64,000 nucleotides of DNA from a bacterium (GTDB lineage: Bacteria > Zhuqueibacterota > Zhuqueibacteria > Residuimicrobiales > Krinioviventaceae), in NCBI GenBank assembly GCA_963675755.2, contig CAXXMD010000003.1, positions 576,001 through 640,000 on the forward strand, read 5' to 3'. Below are positions 38,804 through 49,521 of the stretch, one piece after another. A program made the translations under genes and the position numbers. How positions within the stretch are numbered: position 1 is the first letter of the stretch; every line of letters begins with the position of its first letter. The notes under the pieces are model-generated. The model was not told the origin of the DNA. It did no database searches and worked only from the letters and a program-made list of their open reading frames with translations.

Positions 38804-40090
38804 TTATTTTATTAAAACCATTTTTTTCATTTGTACTTTAGAGTCAACTGCCAGGGTGTAAAAATAAACACCGCCAGCTACCGCTTCACCGTAATCATTC
38901 GTTCCGTCCCATATTACACTATGCTGGCCGGAAGACATGGATTGGTCCACCAGTGTGGTTATTTTTTGGCCCATGCTGTTGAAAATAGTCAGAGTAGCGG
39001 TTCCGGCTTGTGCCAGAGAGTACGTGATCTTTGTTGACGGATTTAACGGGTTTGGATAATTCCCATGCAGTACAAAGTCATTCGGTATATTACTAGCTTG
39101 CTGTTCCTCTTTTGAACCAACAGCAGTTGTTTCAGGAGCTCTGGGCTTTACAGCATCAAAACCTTCCGCACCCAGATTGTTACCATATTTCCAACGCACG
39201 GGGCCGACATACTTTTCCATAATTCGATCTTCTTCAAGAATATCCTCGGGCATGTAATCTCCCGAATCCCAGCGATAAACACCCCACCGCAAATGGGGAC
39301 ACGCATCTGTATCAAACATGTTAGGACTATTGAGTACCTGAGCCGTCGGGGTATCATTATAAGAATAACTATCCGGATCTCCCGCTTCATACATCCATAC
39401 CTTGATGTAGCCAGTCGAGTCCTTGGCAAACTTGATCTCCACAATCCAGTCATACCATGTATCTTCTTCAAGGGTACCGACAAGTGTTCTATAATCCCCA
39501 CCATGTACATATAACATCAATATTCGATTATTCCTCAGTGTAATCTCTGTGGCAGGCGACCCAGATCCGCAATTGCATCTGAATTGTAATACAGTCGATG
39601 GGTGGGACTCGTCAAAATCCGTCCACTTTTCAGACCATCCCATCCACACAGTATTGCCCTCCCTAGCCCTTCCCTCCTCACGCCAGGTTTCATTACAATG
39701 TATTTCAGCCCGTTCAACACTAGAGTTTTGATTACATGTGGCATAAATATTGGCATCTGTATACATTCTCGCTGAATTTGTTCCTGGGAAACGGGTCTCA
39801 GCGGTTGTGCCTAGTTCGATTATTGAATTACCGGAATTAGAAATCCAATAGGTATCCGTACTGTTCTCGAGATCCGTGCCATCCTCATCCTCATCACCAC
39901 AGTTAATTCCGCGGTCCCAATATAATTCACCACCATCGCTGTATCTGCTGTTTGTCCAGTTGCAAATGATATCGGCTGTCTCTTCGCACAGACAATCACC
40001 ATACCAGGTGAATTGCATAAATAGCGTCAGACATACAAGCGAAAGACGGATACCAGGTCTTTTTATTTTATTGAATATTTTCATGATCAT
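38804..40090 (-). CDS. Secreted polysaccharide-lyase-like protein with FlgD-Ig C-terminal sorting domain
   Basis: ERAEI...WMGWSE...VLQF...WYDWIVEIKF...GYIKVW...LRWGVYRW; NYPNPLNPSTKITY C-terminal domain. Confidence 0.65.
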   Translation of the reverse strand: MIMKIFNKIKRPGIRLSLVCLTLFMQFTWYGDCLCEETADIICNWTNSRYSDGGELYWDRGINCGDEDEDGTDLENSTDTYWISNSGNSIIELGTTAETRFPGTNSARMYTDANIYATCNQNSSVERAEIHCNETWREEGRAREGNTVWMGWSEKWTDFDESHPSTVLQFRCNCGSGSPATEITLRNNRILMLYVHGGDYRTLVGTLEEDTWYDWIVEIKFAKDSTGYIKVWMYEAGDPDSYSYNDTPTAQVLNSPNMFDTDACPHLRWGVYRWDSGDYMPEDILEEDRIMEKYVGPVRWKYGNNLGAEGFDAVKPRAPETTAVGSKEEQQASNIPNDFVLHGNYPNPLNPSTKITYSLAQAGTATLTIFNSMGQKITTLVDQSMSSGQHSVIWDGTNDYGEAVAGGVYFYTLAVDSKVQMKKMVLIK

Positions 40091-40211
40091 TATCCTTTCG
40101 CAAAATAGTGTGGGTAAAATAAAACATGCACAAAACAGTTATTTCCAGCCGGGTAATTTGACAATGGTATTGTATACAAGTCTTTTAATTTAAAATAATT
40201 TTCAATCTTTT

Positions 40212-42527
40212 TTATTTTTGCAAAAATTTGAAACGACTTTCTAGATCTCCCACCATCAATGTGAAAAATCCATTTTCAATCATTGATTCTCCCTCTTCAT
40301 CGGGATAGGACAAATGCTGTATGGGATCGATAGTAAATTTGAATTGTTTTGTTTCACCCGGCGCCAGCTCTCCTTTTTCAAAGTGGTGCAATTCTTTCAT
40401 CGGACGGGTGATACGTCCCTTCTCGTCATTAATAAACCACAAAACACTTTCTTTTCCTTTTCTTTTTCCAGTATTGGTCACCTCAATAGTTGCATAAAGC
40501 TTTTGATTTTGGTTTGTTATCAAAGTATCGGATAATTGCAGGTTGCTATATTGAAACGTTGTATAACTAAGGCCATCACCAAAATGTGCCAGGGAAGTCT
40601 TTTTATTGATTTCTTTCATGATGGATTCAGTAATTTTTTTACGATTGTAATTCATCACTGTGGAGGGACCAATTGGATATTCGAATGGCAGTTTACCGCT
40701 CGGATTATATGCACCAGCTATCAGCTCAGCAATGGCAGTACCTCCCTGGTATCCGGGCAGTCCCGCCCAGATAAAACCTGCTACGTTTTCATAAACACGT
40801 GTCACAATTCTCGGTCTTCCAGCTACCAGCACTAGAATGACTGGTTTTTCCATGTTAATCGCTGCTTCAATTTCATCTATCTGTTTTTCAGGTAGATTCA
40901 TATCATTGATAGAGCCATGATATTCGGCGTAAGGTCTTTCACCTGCAACATAGATAATTGCGTCCGCACCTATAGCCTTTTCCTGAATTTCTTTTTCATC
41001 CCGGGCAAGAACAATGGTACTGTTTTTAAACTGTTCTTGTATGCTCTGAAAAATGCTCGGGACTTTATCAGGAATGTGTTCGTCACGAACATCACTCCAC
41101 ATAACTGTCCAACCTCCAGCAATAGCGCTTCTGCTGTCCGCATTCGGCCCGGCAACTACAATCTTTTCAACTTTATCCGGATTTAGCGGTAAAACATTCT
41201 GATTATTTTTAACTAAAACCAGTGATTCTCTTGCTGCATTGAGTGCTTTCTCTTTGGAATTTTTTCGCCCGATCCTGTCATTATAATTGGGTTGAATGGA
41301 AAAATTCTCGTCAAAAAGACCCAAGTCATATTTTAACCGCAGAATTCGCTTAACCGACATGTCGATACGTTCAACCGGAATCCGGTTTTCACGCACCAGT
41401 TCACAGGTATATTGAGCAAAACGATAATCCTCTGCTGTGAGAATACAATCAAGCCCTGCCATCAATCCTAAATAGGTGGCTTCTTTTTCATCTTCAGCAA
41501 CCCCGTGATCATTGATCAATTTTTGAATATCAGCCCAGTCACTGTTCAAAACGCCTTTAAAGCCCATCTGATCTCGCAAGAGTTCTGTCAAATATTCATA
41601 GGATGCATGAACCGGAACACCGTTCACTTCACCGCTATTAGCCTCAATAATTTTTACGCCTGCATCGATACAAGCCTGAAAAGAGGGAACAAAATATTCA
41701 TAAATTTGTTGCTTGGGAATGAGAACAGGATTTCGATCCCAACCACTTTTAGGATCGGAATATCCAATAAAATGTTTAGCACAAGCTGATACTTTATAAG
41801 GCAGGGCATCTTTATTGTTTTGAACACCTTTGACGATGGACTTGCCCATTTCAGAACAAACCAAAAAGGATTCCCCAAAGGTTTCATAAAAGCGCGGCCA
41901 GTGAGGATTTCGGCCCAAATCAACTACCGGGACATATACAAAACTGTGATGCAAATGAGCGGTTTCAAGAGCAGTTACATATCCACTGTTAAATGCATGG
42001 GTAGTATCAAATGTGGCCGCAAGGTTAATATTATGCGGAAAAATGGTCCCGTCAGTAAGAAAGGACGGTCCATGTTGATGACAAATCGCATGAATGAAGG
42101 GAATTTTGAGTCTTGAATTCTCCAGGTAAAGTTTTTCGATACGAGGCTTGAAATCGCTCCAGTCCATGGAAGACAGTCCCAAATCTGCAAGAACAAATCC
42201 AAAGCCATATTTTTGGGCAAATTCAACAACTCTTTCTGTGTTAAAATTTTCATTAAAATCAACAGTATCAGATGGAGACTTGGCAGCAATAAAGATATGA
42301 AGCATCTGTCCTGCTTTTTCTTCAAGCGTCATTAGGGATAACAAGCTGTCAATTTTTTGTTCAACTTGGGCATTGTTCGAAACTTCAGCTTCCATTCTTT
42401 CAAGATAGGCTTCCGGTGTAAACCGGTTTTGCTCTGAATAACCGGAAGGGACTATGATAAATGCAAATAAAATCAGACTGACAACGAAAAGGATTGCCGT
42501 TCTACTTTTGTTGATATTTTGATTCAT
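40212..42527 (-). CDS. GH3 beta-glycosidase
   Basis: MTLEEKAGQM, FPHNINLAA, ETFGE, CAKHF, SDW nucleophile, NPSGKLP, FGDGLSYT, Fn3-like tail. Confidence 0.93.
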   Translation of the reverse strand: MNQNINKSRTAILFVVSLILFAFIIVPSGYSEQNRFTPEAYLERMEAEVSNNAQVEQKIDSLLSLMTLEEKAGQMLHIFIAAKSPSDTVDFNENFNTERVVEFAQKYGFGFVLADLGLSSMDWSDFKPRIEKLYLENSRLKIPFIHAICHQHGPSFLTDGTIFPHNINLAATFDTTHAFNSGYVTALETAHLHHSFVYVPVVDLGRNPHWPRFYETFGESFLVCSEMGKSIVKGVQNNKDALPYKVSACAKHFIGYSDPKSGWDRNPVLIPKQQIYEYFVPSFQACIDAGVKIIEANSGEVNGVPVHASYEYLTELLRDQMGFKGVLNSDWADIQKLINDHGVAEDEKEATYLGLMAGLDCILTAEDYRFAQYTCELVRENRIPVERIDMSVKRILRLKYDLGLFDENFSIQPNYNDRIGRKNSKEKALNAARESLVLVKNNQNVLPLNPDKVEKIVVAGPNADSRSAIAGGWTVMWSDVRDEHIPDKVPSIFQSIQEQFKNSTIVLARDEKEIQEKAIGADAIIYVAGERPYAEYHGSINDMNLPEKQIDEIEAAINMEKPVILVLVAGRPRIVTRVYENVAGFIWAGLPGYQGGTAIAELIAGAYNPSGKLPFEYPIGPSTVMNYNRKKITESIMKEINKKTSLAHFGDGLSYTTFQYSNLQLSDTLITNQNQKLYATIEVTNTGKRKGKESVLWFINDEKGRITRPMKELHHFEKGELAPGETKQFKFTIDPIQHLSYPDEEGESMIENGFFTLMVGDLESRFKFLQK

Positions 42528-42709
42528 GATGGATTTCCTCAAAAAAAATCTTAACTGTTGCACTTTACTTGAGCCTGGATTTTGTAAACCGCCTGTTATT
42601 CAAATCAATAAATTGGTGTTTAAAAAATAATGTAAATCCACTCAACATTAATACAACAAAACAACTATATCTTTTGTAGACCAGATAACCTGTTATAAAT
42701 CCAGTTTTC

Positions 42710-44059
42710 TTAGACGCTTTCCGGTACTTTGTATTTTTCCCGGTAATCAAACTTTAGCAAAGCATTTGCCTCCGGATCATTGATAAAGCACTCTTTTGAC
42801 GAATCATAATACAATTTCCTGTTACCAACCCGGTAAGAAATATTGCTCATATGGCCGACATTCATGCTATTGTTGAAAATTTCTATATCTCCGGCAGGAC
42901 GTTTCCGACTCTTGATACATTCTAAAAAGTTTTGGCGATGGGCATCATCGGGCACTCTGCCATACATCTTTTCTACTACCCTGCCGCCTGAGGTCATGGT
43001 CAGCCAGCCACCGCCCATACGACCAACGATCATCAGTTCCTTTGTTCCGTAAAACTCGATACGTGTTGAATTTTGCGTCCAGTACGGGAACTTGTCATTG
43101 CGCCTGATAGTTGACGTGCTTTTTTGCATGTAACGAGTATTGCTGGCCAGATCCAGGCTCATGATAAAATCATCAAACTCGTATGTGGTTACCTGGGTAT
43201 CTGGAGTTTGAGAATCGTCACCTTTGTAATGAAATTTACCACCGGCGGTAACAACGGACAATGGTACCGGTTCACCCAAAATGTTCAAGGCTATATCGAG
43301 TTGATGAACGGCGTCATCCAGGTTACCAGCTGAGAAATCCCAAAAAGCGATCCAGGCGTACTGATCGAGAATTGAGGGATAGAATGGCCTCGCCGGAGCA
43401 CCGCCGAGCCAGCGATCCCAGTCCAGGTAATCGGGCACAGGTGCTGGATTGCCAAGATAGAAGGGATTGCCATTTTGATTAAACGACAGCTTTGGCTGCA
43501 TTCCAAACACTTTAACCCGATGGATGTCGCCTAATTTACCTCCCTGAACATATTCTTTTGCCGCATGCACATAAGGTGCACTGCGGTTCTGGGCGCCAAC
43601 TTGAATAATCCGGTTATATTTATTTGCAGCCTCAATCATAAGCCGACCTTCCCGAATTGTCAACGATGACGGTTTTTCAAGATAGACATCTTTTCCTGCC
43701 TGCACGGACCGAATTGTTGGCAGGGCGTGCCAGTGGTTCGGAGTAGCAACAATTACCGCGTCTACATCTTTATCGTCTAGTGCTTTTTGAAAGTCTTTAA
43801 CCTGTCGTGGCGCGCTACCTTGTAATTCTGTGATCAGCGATGCCATTTCTCCCATTCTATTGTTATTGACATCGCATACATAGCTAATATGTGCGCCATC
43901 ATCAATAAATCCTCTTACCAGCAATCCTCCGCGGCCACCGCATCCAATCAGAGCAAGGTTAACACGATCATTCGCACCGAGCACCTTTTGAGAAATGCCA
44001 ACCGTACTCATAGCTGCAGCACTGTTCATAACCGTTTTAATAAAATGTCTTCTTTTCAT
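42710..44059 (-). CDS. Gfo/Idh/MocA oxidoreductase, Tat-exported
   Basis: MKRRHFIK; IGCGGRG; ATPNHWH; KDVYLEKP; QVGAQNRS. Confidence 0.9.
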   Translation of the reverse strand: MKRRHFIKTVMNSAAAMSTVGISQKVLGANDRVNLALIGCGGRGGLLVRGFIDDGAHISYVCDVNNNRMGEMASLITELQGSAPRQVKDFQKALDDKDVDAVIVATPNHWHALPTIRSVQAGKDVYLEKPSSLTIREGRLMIEAANKYNRIIQVGAQNRSAPYVHAAKEYVQGGKLGDIHRVKVFGMQPKLSFNQNGNPFYLGNPAPVPDYLDWDRWLGGAPARPFYPSILDQYAWIAFWDFSAGNLDDAVHQLDIALNILGEPVPLSVVTAGGKFHYKGDDSQTPDTQVTTYEFDDFIMSLDLASNTRYMQKSTSTIRRNDKFPYWTQNSTRIEFYGTKELMIVGRMGGGWLTMTSGGRVVEKMYGRVPDDAHRQNFLECIKSRKRPAGDIEIFNNSMNVGHMSNISYRVGNRKLYYDSSKECFINDPEANALLKFDYREKYKVPESV

Positions 44060-44187
44060 ATTTTCTCCAAAACATACACATTGTAATAATCAGACACATT
44101 CATTATTGTCTTTCATATTATAGATATCACATTAAGCTCTGGATTTATTCGTATTAAAAAATTATCATCATCAATTCACATTACCAG

Positions 44188-45063
44188 TTATTTACCATCC
44201 CAACCAGCTAAACGGGCCCACATCCACCAGGCAGCATATGCTTTCAAGTTGGCATTCAAGGGTTCCGAATGGGGCGAATCACATTGGTACCAGTCTTTGT
44301 CCAATATGTGAGAATCCTGCCACTCTTTTGCCCAGTTACCTCCGTTATATGAACAATCATCATTTACATTTTTATCACCAAAATAATTACCATCAGGATC
44401 ATAACTTTCTATATCATTATAATCATAAAGGACCTTTTCATTTTTAATACAATGATCCCGTATTATTTGATTGTTCTCTACCAGTGTACCATCCAAACCG
44501 GTACTGTCGGTATGCCCTGTCATATATACAAAAACAATGTTTTTATAATCTGATTCCAGGCTGGTCATCTCATTAATGTATTTATTCTGAACATCCTCAC
44601 TGCTATACCAGGATAACTGTCCACACCACGACCACATAATTACATTAATTTCAGGATGATTACTGCCAGTACCCTTATCGTTTGGGTATCCTAAAAACTC
44701 GCGCGTTTCATTTACCCACTTGGGATAGTATCCGGCATCATGATCAAGATCTCCATCTCCATAGGCATCTCCTTTATGCAAATGCAGTGCTCCCTCTACT
44801 GCTGTGGTATCCCATTTAAATAAATCTTTTTCATAACCTTTTGAATTCATAAAACCAACTAATCCCGTCATACCGTGCAATATTTGACTTCCATGAGATG
44901 TATATCCAAATCCGATATGAAGATTGGTTTTTGCATTAGCAATAAAGGAATGTGGAACTTTATAAATATTTGTACAATTATGATCTATAATAATTGGCTG
45001 GGCAATCAAAGAAATAGTTGATAATAACAGAATCAAAACAAGTTGAAAATATTTTTTTTTCAT
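44188..45063 (-). CDS. Secreted hypothetical protein (possibly SGNH-like)
   Basis: Signal peptide; YTSHGSQI, MWSWCGQ, VYMTGH, HSEPLNANLKAYAAWW. Confidence 0.7.
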   Translation of the reverse strand: MKKKYFQLVLILLLSTISLIAQPIIIDHNCTNIYKVPHSFIANAKTNLHIGFGYTSHGSQILHGMTGLVGFMNSKGYEKDLFKWDTTAVEGALHLHKGDAYGDGDLDHDAGYYPKWVNETREFLGYPNDKGTGSNHPEINVIMWSWCGQLSWYSSEDVQNKYINEMTSLESDYKNIVFVYMTGHTDSTGLDGTLVENNQIIRDHCIKNEKVLYDYNDIESYDPDGNYFGDKNVNDDCSYNGGNWAKEWQDSHILDKDWYQCDSPHSEPLNANLKAYAAWWMWARLAGWDGK

Positions 45064-45245
45064 ATAAAAGTCCTTCTACAATAGGTAATAAATAATAATA
45101 AATTAAAAATGATGTGTTATACAATTTACCTTCTCTTTACTAATTTTAGAACGACAGGTCGTCATCTTGGGTAACAACCTGCCGCTCTTTTGGGTAATTG
45201 GTAGGTTAGGTTAAATTTTTCCTTACCTGTTTTGGCAATATGATA

Positions 45246-47894
45246 CTATTTCAACAATAGCATCTTTCGGTTTTGTATAAAGTTTTTAGATTTTATCTGG
45301 CAGAAATAAACTCCACCAGCTACTGATTGGCCGTTATAATTTTTACCATCCCACGTCACGTTATGCTGACCGGCAGGCATTGATTGATCTATCAGGGTAA
45401 CCACTTTTTGGCCCATGGCATTAAATATGGTCAGGTTTACATTTCCGGCTTTTGCAAGAGAATACGTGATTTGTGTGGTCGGATTGAAAGGATTAGGATA
45501 GTTGTTGTAGAGCTCATACTTGATTGGGGATGACACTATGTCTTTAACATCAGAAACACCTGCTGAAATTTCAAAATTGGTTACGGAAATGATGCCCCAA
45601 TCACCAGTCCCTGAGTATGTGGCACCATAATCAATCATTACACCAACATTATCAATAACATCACAGGGATTGCGGAATCCGTAATCAACGGCTAATATAT
45701 CTGGTTCTTGATCATTCTTTGTGACAATCACGGAATAGGTCTGGGACTGCACATCTATGGACATTTCCACTGAAAATTGATCACCTTGTTCAAAGGTAAT
45801 GGCATTTTCCGCCATGTAGGTGCTACCATTGCGTGCTGTGAGTATATAGTCTTTAGTAAACTTGAGTACAGGTCCCGGATCACTCCAATCCACTGAAGCG
45901 CTGTCACTGAAAACGAACATCCAAACAATACCTTTTGCACCTATACTATCAACAGAAAGATCAAAGGTGGCAATCATGGCTTCATCTTGCTCGGCAATGG
46001 CTACATTTTGCCAAACATTGGCTGGCATTGCCTCAGCTTTTGTCTCTAAATTGTTAATAACAATATTAGCCGGATCACCGCACCATTCCGATTCAGCATC
46101 CTGGTATACCCACAAGTTATCGATAATAGGAGCAGGATTGCGAAATTTATAGTTTGTTGCCAATGCGATAGTATCACCGGTACCATTGAAAAGTTCGATA
46201 TTGTAGGTTTGTGTAAACACATTGACAAATATCGTAACGCCAAACTCATCGCCCTCGGCATAAGTAACCGTCGTATCTGCCGAATAGGCACTGCCATTAC
46301 GTGCTGTGATGGTATAATCACTATTAAGTTTAAAAATGGGTCCAACATCGCCCCACTCGGAAGCGGTACTGTCGCTAAAGCCAAGACACCATACCGCACC
46401 TTTAGAATCTCCGAGCGATTCGATCATCAAGTCAAAGGTACATTCCAAAGCATTAGCATAAGGACCAACAGCAATATCAGCAAAGTCATCTAGCTCAAGT
46501 TCGCTAACTGTAATAATAGCAGGATCGCCGCCCCATTCGGATTCAGCATCCATGTATGTCCACATAGTATTGGCTACGATGTTGGCATTACGAAATTTAT
46601 AATCCGTTGCCAAGGCGACAGGACCTTCGCCCTTGTCTATAATCACCGTATAGGTTTGGGCAACTAAATTCATTATCATTTGCACATCAAGCAAATCACC
46701 TGTTGCATAGGTCATACTAACATCCGATGAATATGAATTGCCGTTTCGAGCTGAAATGGTAAAATCGTTATTTAATTTAAAAATGGGGCCTACATCGGCC
46801 CAGGATTGTGCCAGGGTATCACAGAAACCTGCACACCAAACAGTACCTGAAGAACCAAGTGAGTCAATGGAAATTTTGAATTTGGCCTCAAACTGTCCCT
46901 TCACTTCAGCCAGGGCAGGTAAATCGCTAAAGGGGACATTTAGAAAATCATGAATTTCCAGATTCTCTACAACGATATTCGCGGCTGTACCGCTCCAATC
47001 ATAACCATCTACATCAATGTATGTCGCCAAATTTCTGATCGTTTGCACAAAATTTCTAAATTTATAGTCTGTAGCCAATGGAAAACGGCCATCGCCTTTA
47101 TCCAAAATTACGGTATAAGATTGCGCTGGAATATTGACTTTCATATCTACTTTAATGGTGTCACCTGAGGTATAGGTCACTGTCGTATCGGCCATGTAGG
47201 TACCGGCATAGCGTGCCGTAATTGTAAAATCATTATTCAATTTGAGGACTGGTCCCACATCTAACCAACTTTTGGCGCCGCTATCAGCAAAAGTAAGCGC
47301 CCAGACAACGCCCATATCGTCCAGCTCGGGAATAACCAATGAACAATTCATCTGGAACATTCCACAAGCCGCATCATAATACAAATCACCCATAGCAATG
47401 TCAGCAAAGGGATCATGGGTCATATTAGTAACGTACACATCAGCGCTATTGGTTTGCAAAACTGAATTCAGCGTATCGGTAGCCACTTGAAAAGCATAAT
47501 CATTGGCAACAGTAACTCTGCCGTCACCTGTTGTCACGTATACATCATAGGTATTTGTTATTAAATTCGCGGTCATCTGAACATCAAGGATATCACCAGC
47601 GGCAACAATCACTGTATTGTCCGCGCTATAGGCTGATCCATTCAAGGCTTTTAAAGAACCATCTTCACCAAGCTTGAATGAACAACAGAGTTCCGCCTCT
47701 TTGGTTGCAAGTGTGTCATTGCAAAGTCCCACGACATATTCATTGCCAGCATTATTCACAGTCAGCGCAAAATGAACATCGACAAAACCCATATGACTTG
47801 GGAATGTTTCGCCTACCAACTGAGCACTGGCAACACCTCCAAGTATCATGATACCTAAAGCAATAAACAACATGACATACAAGTTCTTCTTCAT
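45246..47894 (-). CDS. Secreted protein with five ~150-aa beta-rich repeats and a C-terminal sorting domain
   Basis: Repeated W.DVGP.FKLN.D.TI.ARNG..Y.AD...Y..GD...QTY...LA.DYKFRN; NYPNPFNPTTQITY; AAAGGAG RBS before ATG 47894. Confidence 0.85.
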   Translation of the reverse strand: MKKNLYVMLFIALGIMILGGVASAQLVGETFPSHMGFVDVHFALTVNNAGNEYVVGLCNDTLATKEAELCCSFKLGEDGSLKALNGSAYSADNTVIVAAGDILDVQMTANLITNTYDVYVTTGDGRVTVANDYAFQVATDTLNSVLQTNSADVYVTNMTHDPFADIAMGDLYYDAACGMFQMNCSLVIPELDDMGVVWALTFADSGAKSWLDVGPVLKLNNDFTITARYAGTYMADTTVTYTSGDTIKVDMKVNIPAQSYTVILDKGDGRFPLATDYKFRNFVQTIRNLATYIDVDGYDWSGTAANIVVENLEIHDFLNVPFSDLPALAEVKGQFEAKFKISIDSLGSSGTVWCAGFCDTLAQSWADVGPIFKLNNDFTISARNGNSYSSDVSMTYATGDLLDVQMIMNLVAQTYTVIIDKGEGPVALATDYKFRNANIVANTMWTYMDAESEWGGDPAIITVSELELDDFADIAVGPYANALECTFDLMIESLGDSKGAVWCLGFSDSTASEWGDVGPIFKLNSDYTITARNGSAYSADTTVTYAEGDEFGVTIFVNVFTQTYNIELFNGTGDTIALATNYKFRNPAPIIDNLWVYQDAESEWCGDPANIVINNLETKAEAMPANVWQNVAIAEQDEAMIATFDLSVDSIGAKGIVWMFVFSDSASVDWSDPGPVLKFTKDYILTARNGSTYMAENAITFEQGDQFSVEMSIDVQSQTYSVIVTKNDQEPDILAVDYGFRNPCDVIDNVGVMIDYGATYSGTGDWGIISVTNFEISAGVSDVKDIVSSPIKYELYNNYPNPFNPTTQITYSLAKAGNVNLTIFNAMGQKVVTLIDQSMPAGQHNVTWDGKNYNGQSVAGGVYFCQIKSKNFIQNRKMLLLK

Positions 47895-48139
47895 TTTGCA
47901 AACTCCTTTTGAATAATTAGTTAACATCTTTAAAGAATTGATACATGAACTTAATCCATTTTACATGTTTTTCATTTGCATTTTTCTATTATCTCAAAAA
48001 TACTATTATATTCCCATAGACCGTCGTTAGAGAAGGCAACTATTTTAATAATAGCATCTTTTGATTTTGAAAAATCTTGTTGGATTTCATCTTTTAGCAA
48101 TTAACACCATTAGTTTCCTCACATAAGAATTTATTACTA

Positions 48140-49498
48140 CTATTCTTTATTAAAATTCAGAACATTCTTATGTATATTCTTTTCTCCTTGTACTGTATCA
48201 GCGACAATATTTTTCAAAAACACATTTTCAACAGGCAGTTCTTTCTGACCAGATATTTTTGATATGAATTTCACATCCTTTACCTTAATATCATCCAGAT
48301 AAATGTCCTTTATAGCCGTCAATCTTGTTTCAAAAGTTGGAACCAAATCACGCCATTGATATAATACATCCGTATCAATACCTAAAACTCCCTCATCAAT
48401 CTTTCCGGCTTTAATATGGCTGACATGAATATTTTTAACATAGCCGCCACGGCGTTCATTTGTTTTTATGAAAAGAAGATGATTCAGCTTTGCATTATCA
48501 ACAACCTCACAGCTGTCTATATAAATATTTTCTACTCCACCAGACAGTTCACTTCCAATCGCCAATAACTGGTGTCCGTTTTTTACAATACAATTTTTAA
48601 TTACAAGGTTTTTAGTTGGGGTATCCAAACGCCAGGCATCCTGATTTCTACCAGATTTTACAGCAATTGCATCATCACCCTGGTCAAAAACACAATTTTC
48701 AATAAGCATATTTTGAGACATCTCGGGATCAACGCCATCATTATTATGTCCATGGGCAAAGACCTTTACATTTCGAATAACAACATGCTTACTTAGAAAT
48801 GGATGAATTGTCCAGAAAGGACTGTTGGTAATTGATATACCCTCGAGCAAGACATGCTGGCATCTGTTAAATTGTATAAAATGAGGACGCATATTGGAAG
48901 CGTCGTTAACCATTACTCTCTCTTCAACCGGAGTGTCTTTTGCAGCCATAAGGTACAGACGTTTCAAACCTTCCATATGAGCAGGAGGACGTTCAAACCA
49001 TTTTGTCCACGTATTCATTATTGCTTTAATTTCACCCTCACCGGATATCGCAATATTCTTACATTGATAAGCGTAAATCAGTGGTGAATAATTATAGCAT
49101 TCCATTCCTTCCCAGGTGGAAGGAACTGCTGGCAAATAATCTGCTGGTTCATCTGAAAAAAGAAGGACAGCTCCTTTATTTAAATAAAGATTCACATTGC
49201 TTTTTAAATGAATTTTTCCTGTTATCCATTCTCCATCAGGAATAATTACAATCCCGCCACCAGCTTTATTTGCTTCACCAATAGCCTTTTCAATCGCCAA
49301 AGTTGTTTTTTCTTTGTTACCCGGCGCGGCGCCAAATTCAGTAATTGGAAATTGAGGGCAATCAGTAAAATCAGGTATCTGAATACCGGGCATTGCAAAA
49401 GGGGTACTCACATCAATTTCTTGAAGCTTAACAGACGGATTATTTTGATGACATGAAGTGAGCGTAATTAATAAAATTAAAAAAAATGAATATTTCAT
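48140..49498 (-). CDS. GH28 polygalacturonase-family lipoprotein
   Basis: LTSC lipobox; IHLKSNV; NNDG, GDD, KSG, GH, IGSE motifs. Confidence 0.92.
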   Translation of the reverse strand: MKYSFFLILLITLTSCHQNNPSVKLQEIDVSTPFAMPGIQIPDFTDCPQFPITEFGAAPGNKEKTTLAIEKAIGEANKAGGGIVIIPDGEWITGKIHLKSNVNLYLNKGAVLLFSDEPADYLPAVPSTWEGMECYNYSPLIYAYQCKNIAISGEGEIKAIMNTWTKWFERPPAHMEGLKRLYLMAAKDTPVEERVMVNDASNMRPHFIQFNRCQHVLLEGISITNSPFWTIHPFLSKHVVIRNVKVFAHGHNNDGVDPEMSQNMLIENCVFDQGDDAIAVKSGRNQDAWRLDTPTKNLVIKNCIVKNGHQLLAIGSELSGGVENIYIDSCEVVDNAKLNHLLFIKTNERRGGYVKNIHVSHIKAGKIDEGVLGIDTDVLYQWRDLVPTFETRLTAIKDIYLDDIKVKDVKFISKISGQKELPVENVFLKNIVADTVQGEKNIHKNVLNFNKE

Positions 49499-49521
49499 AT
49501 TTACCTTATCAATTTGTTGTT

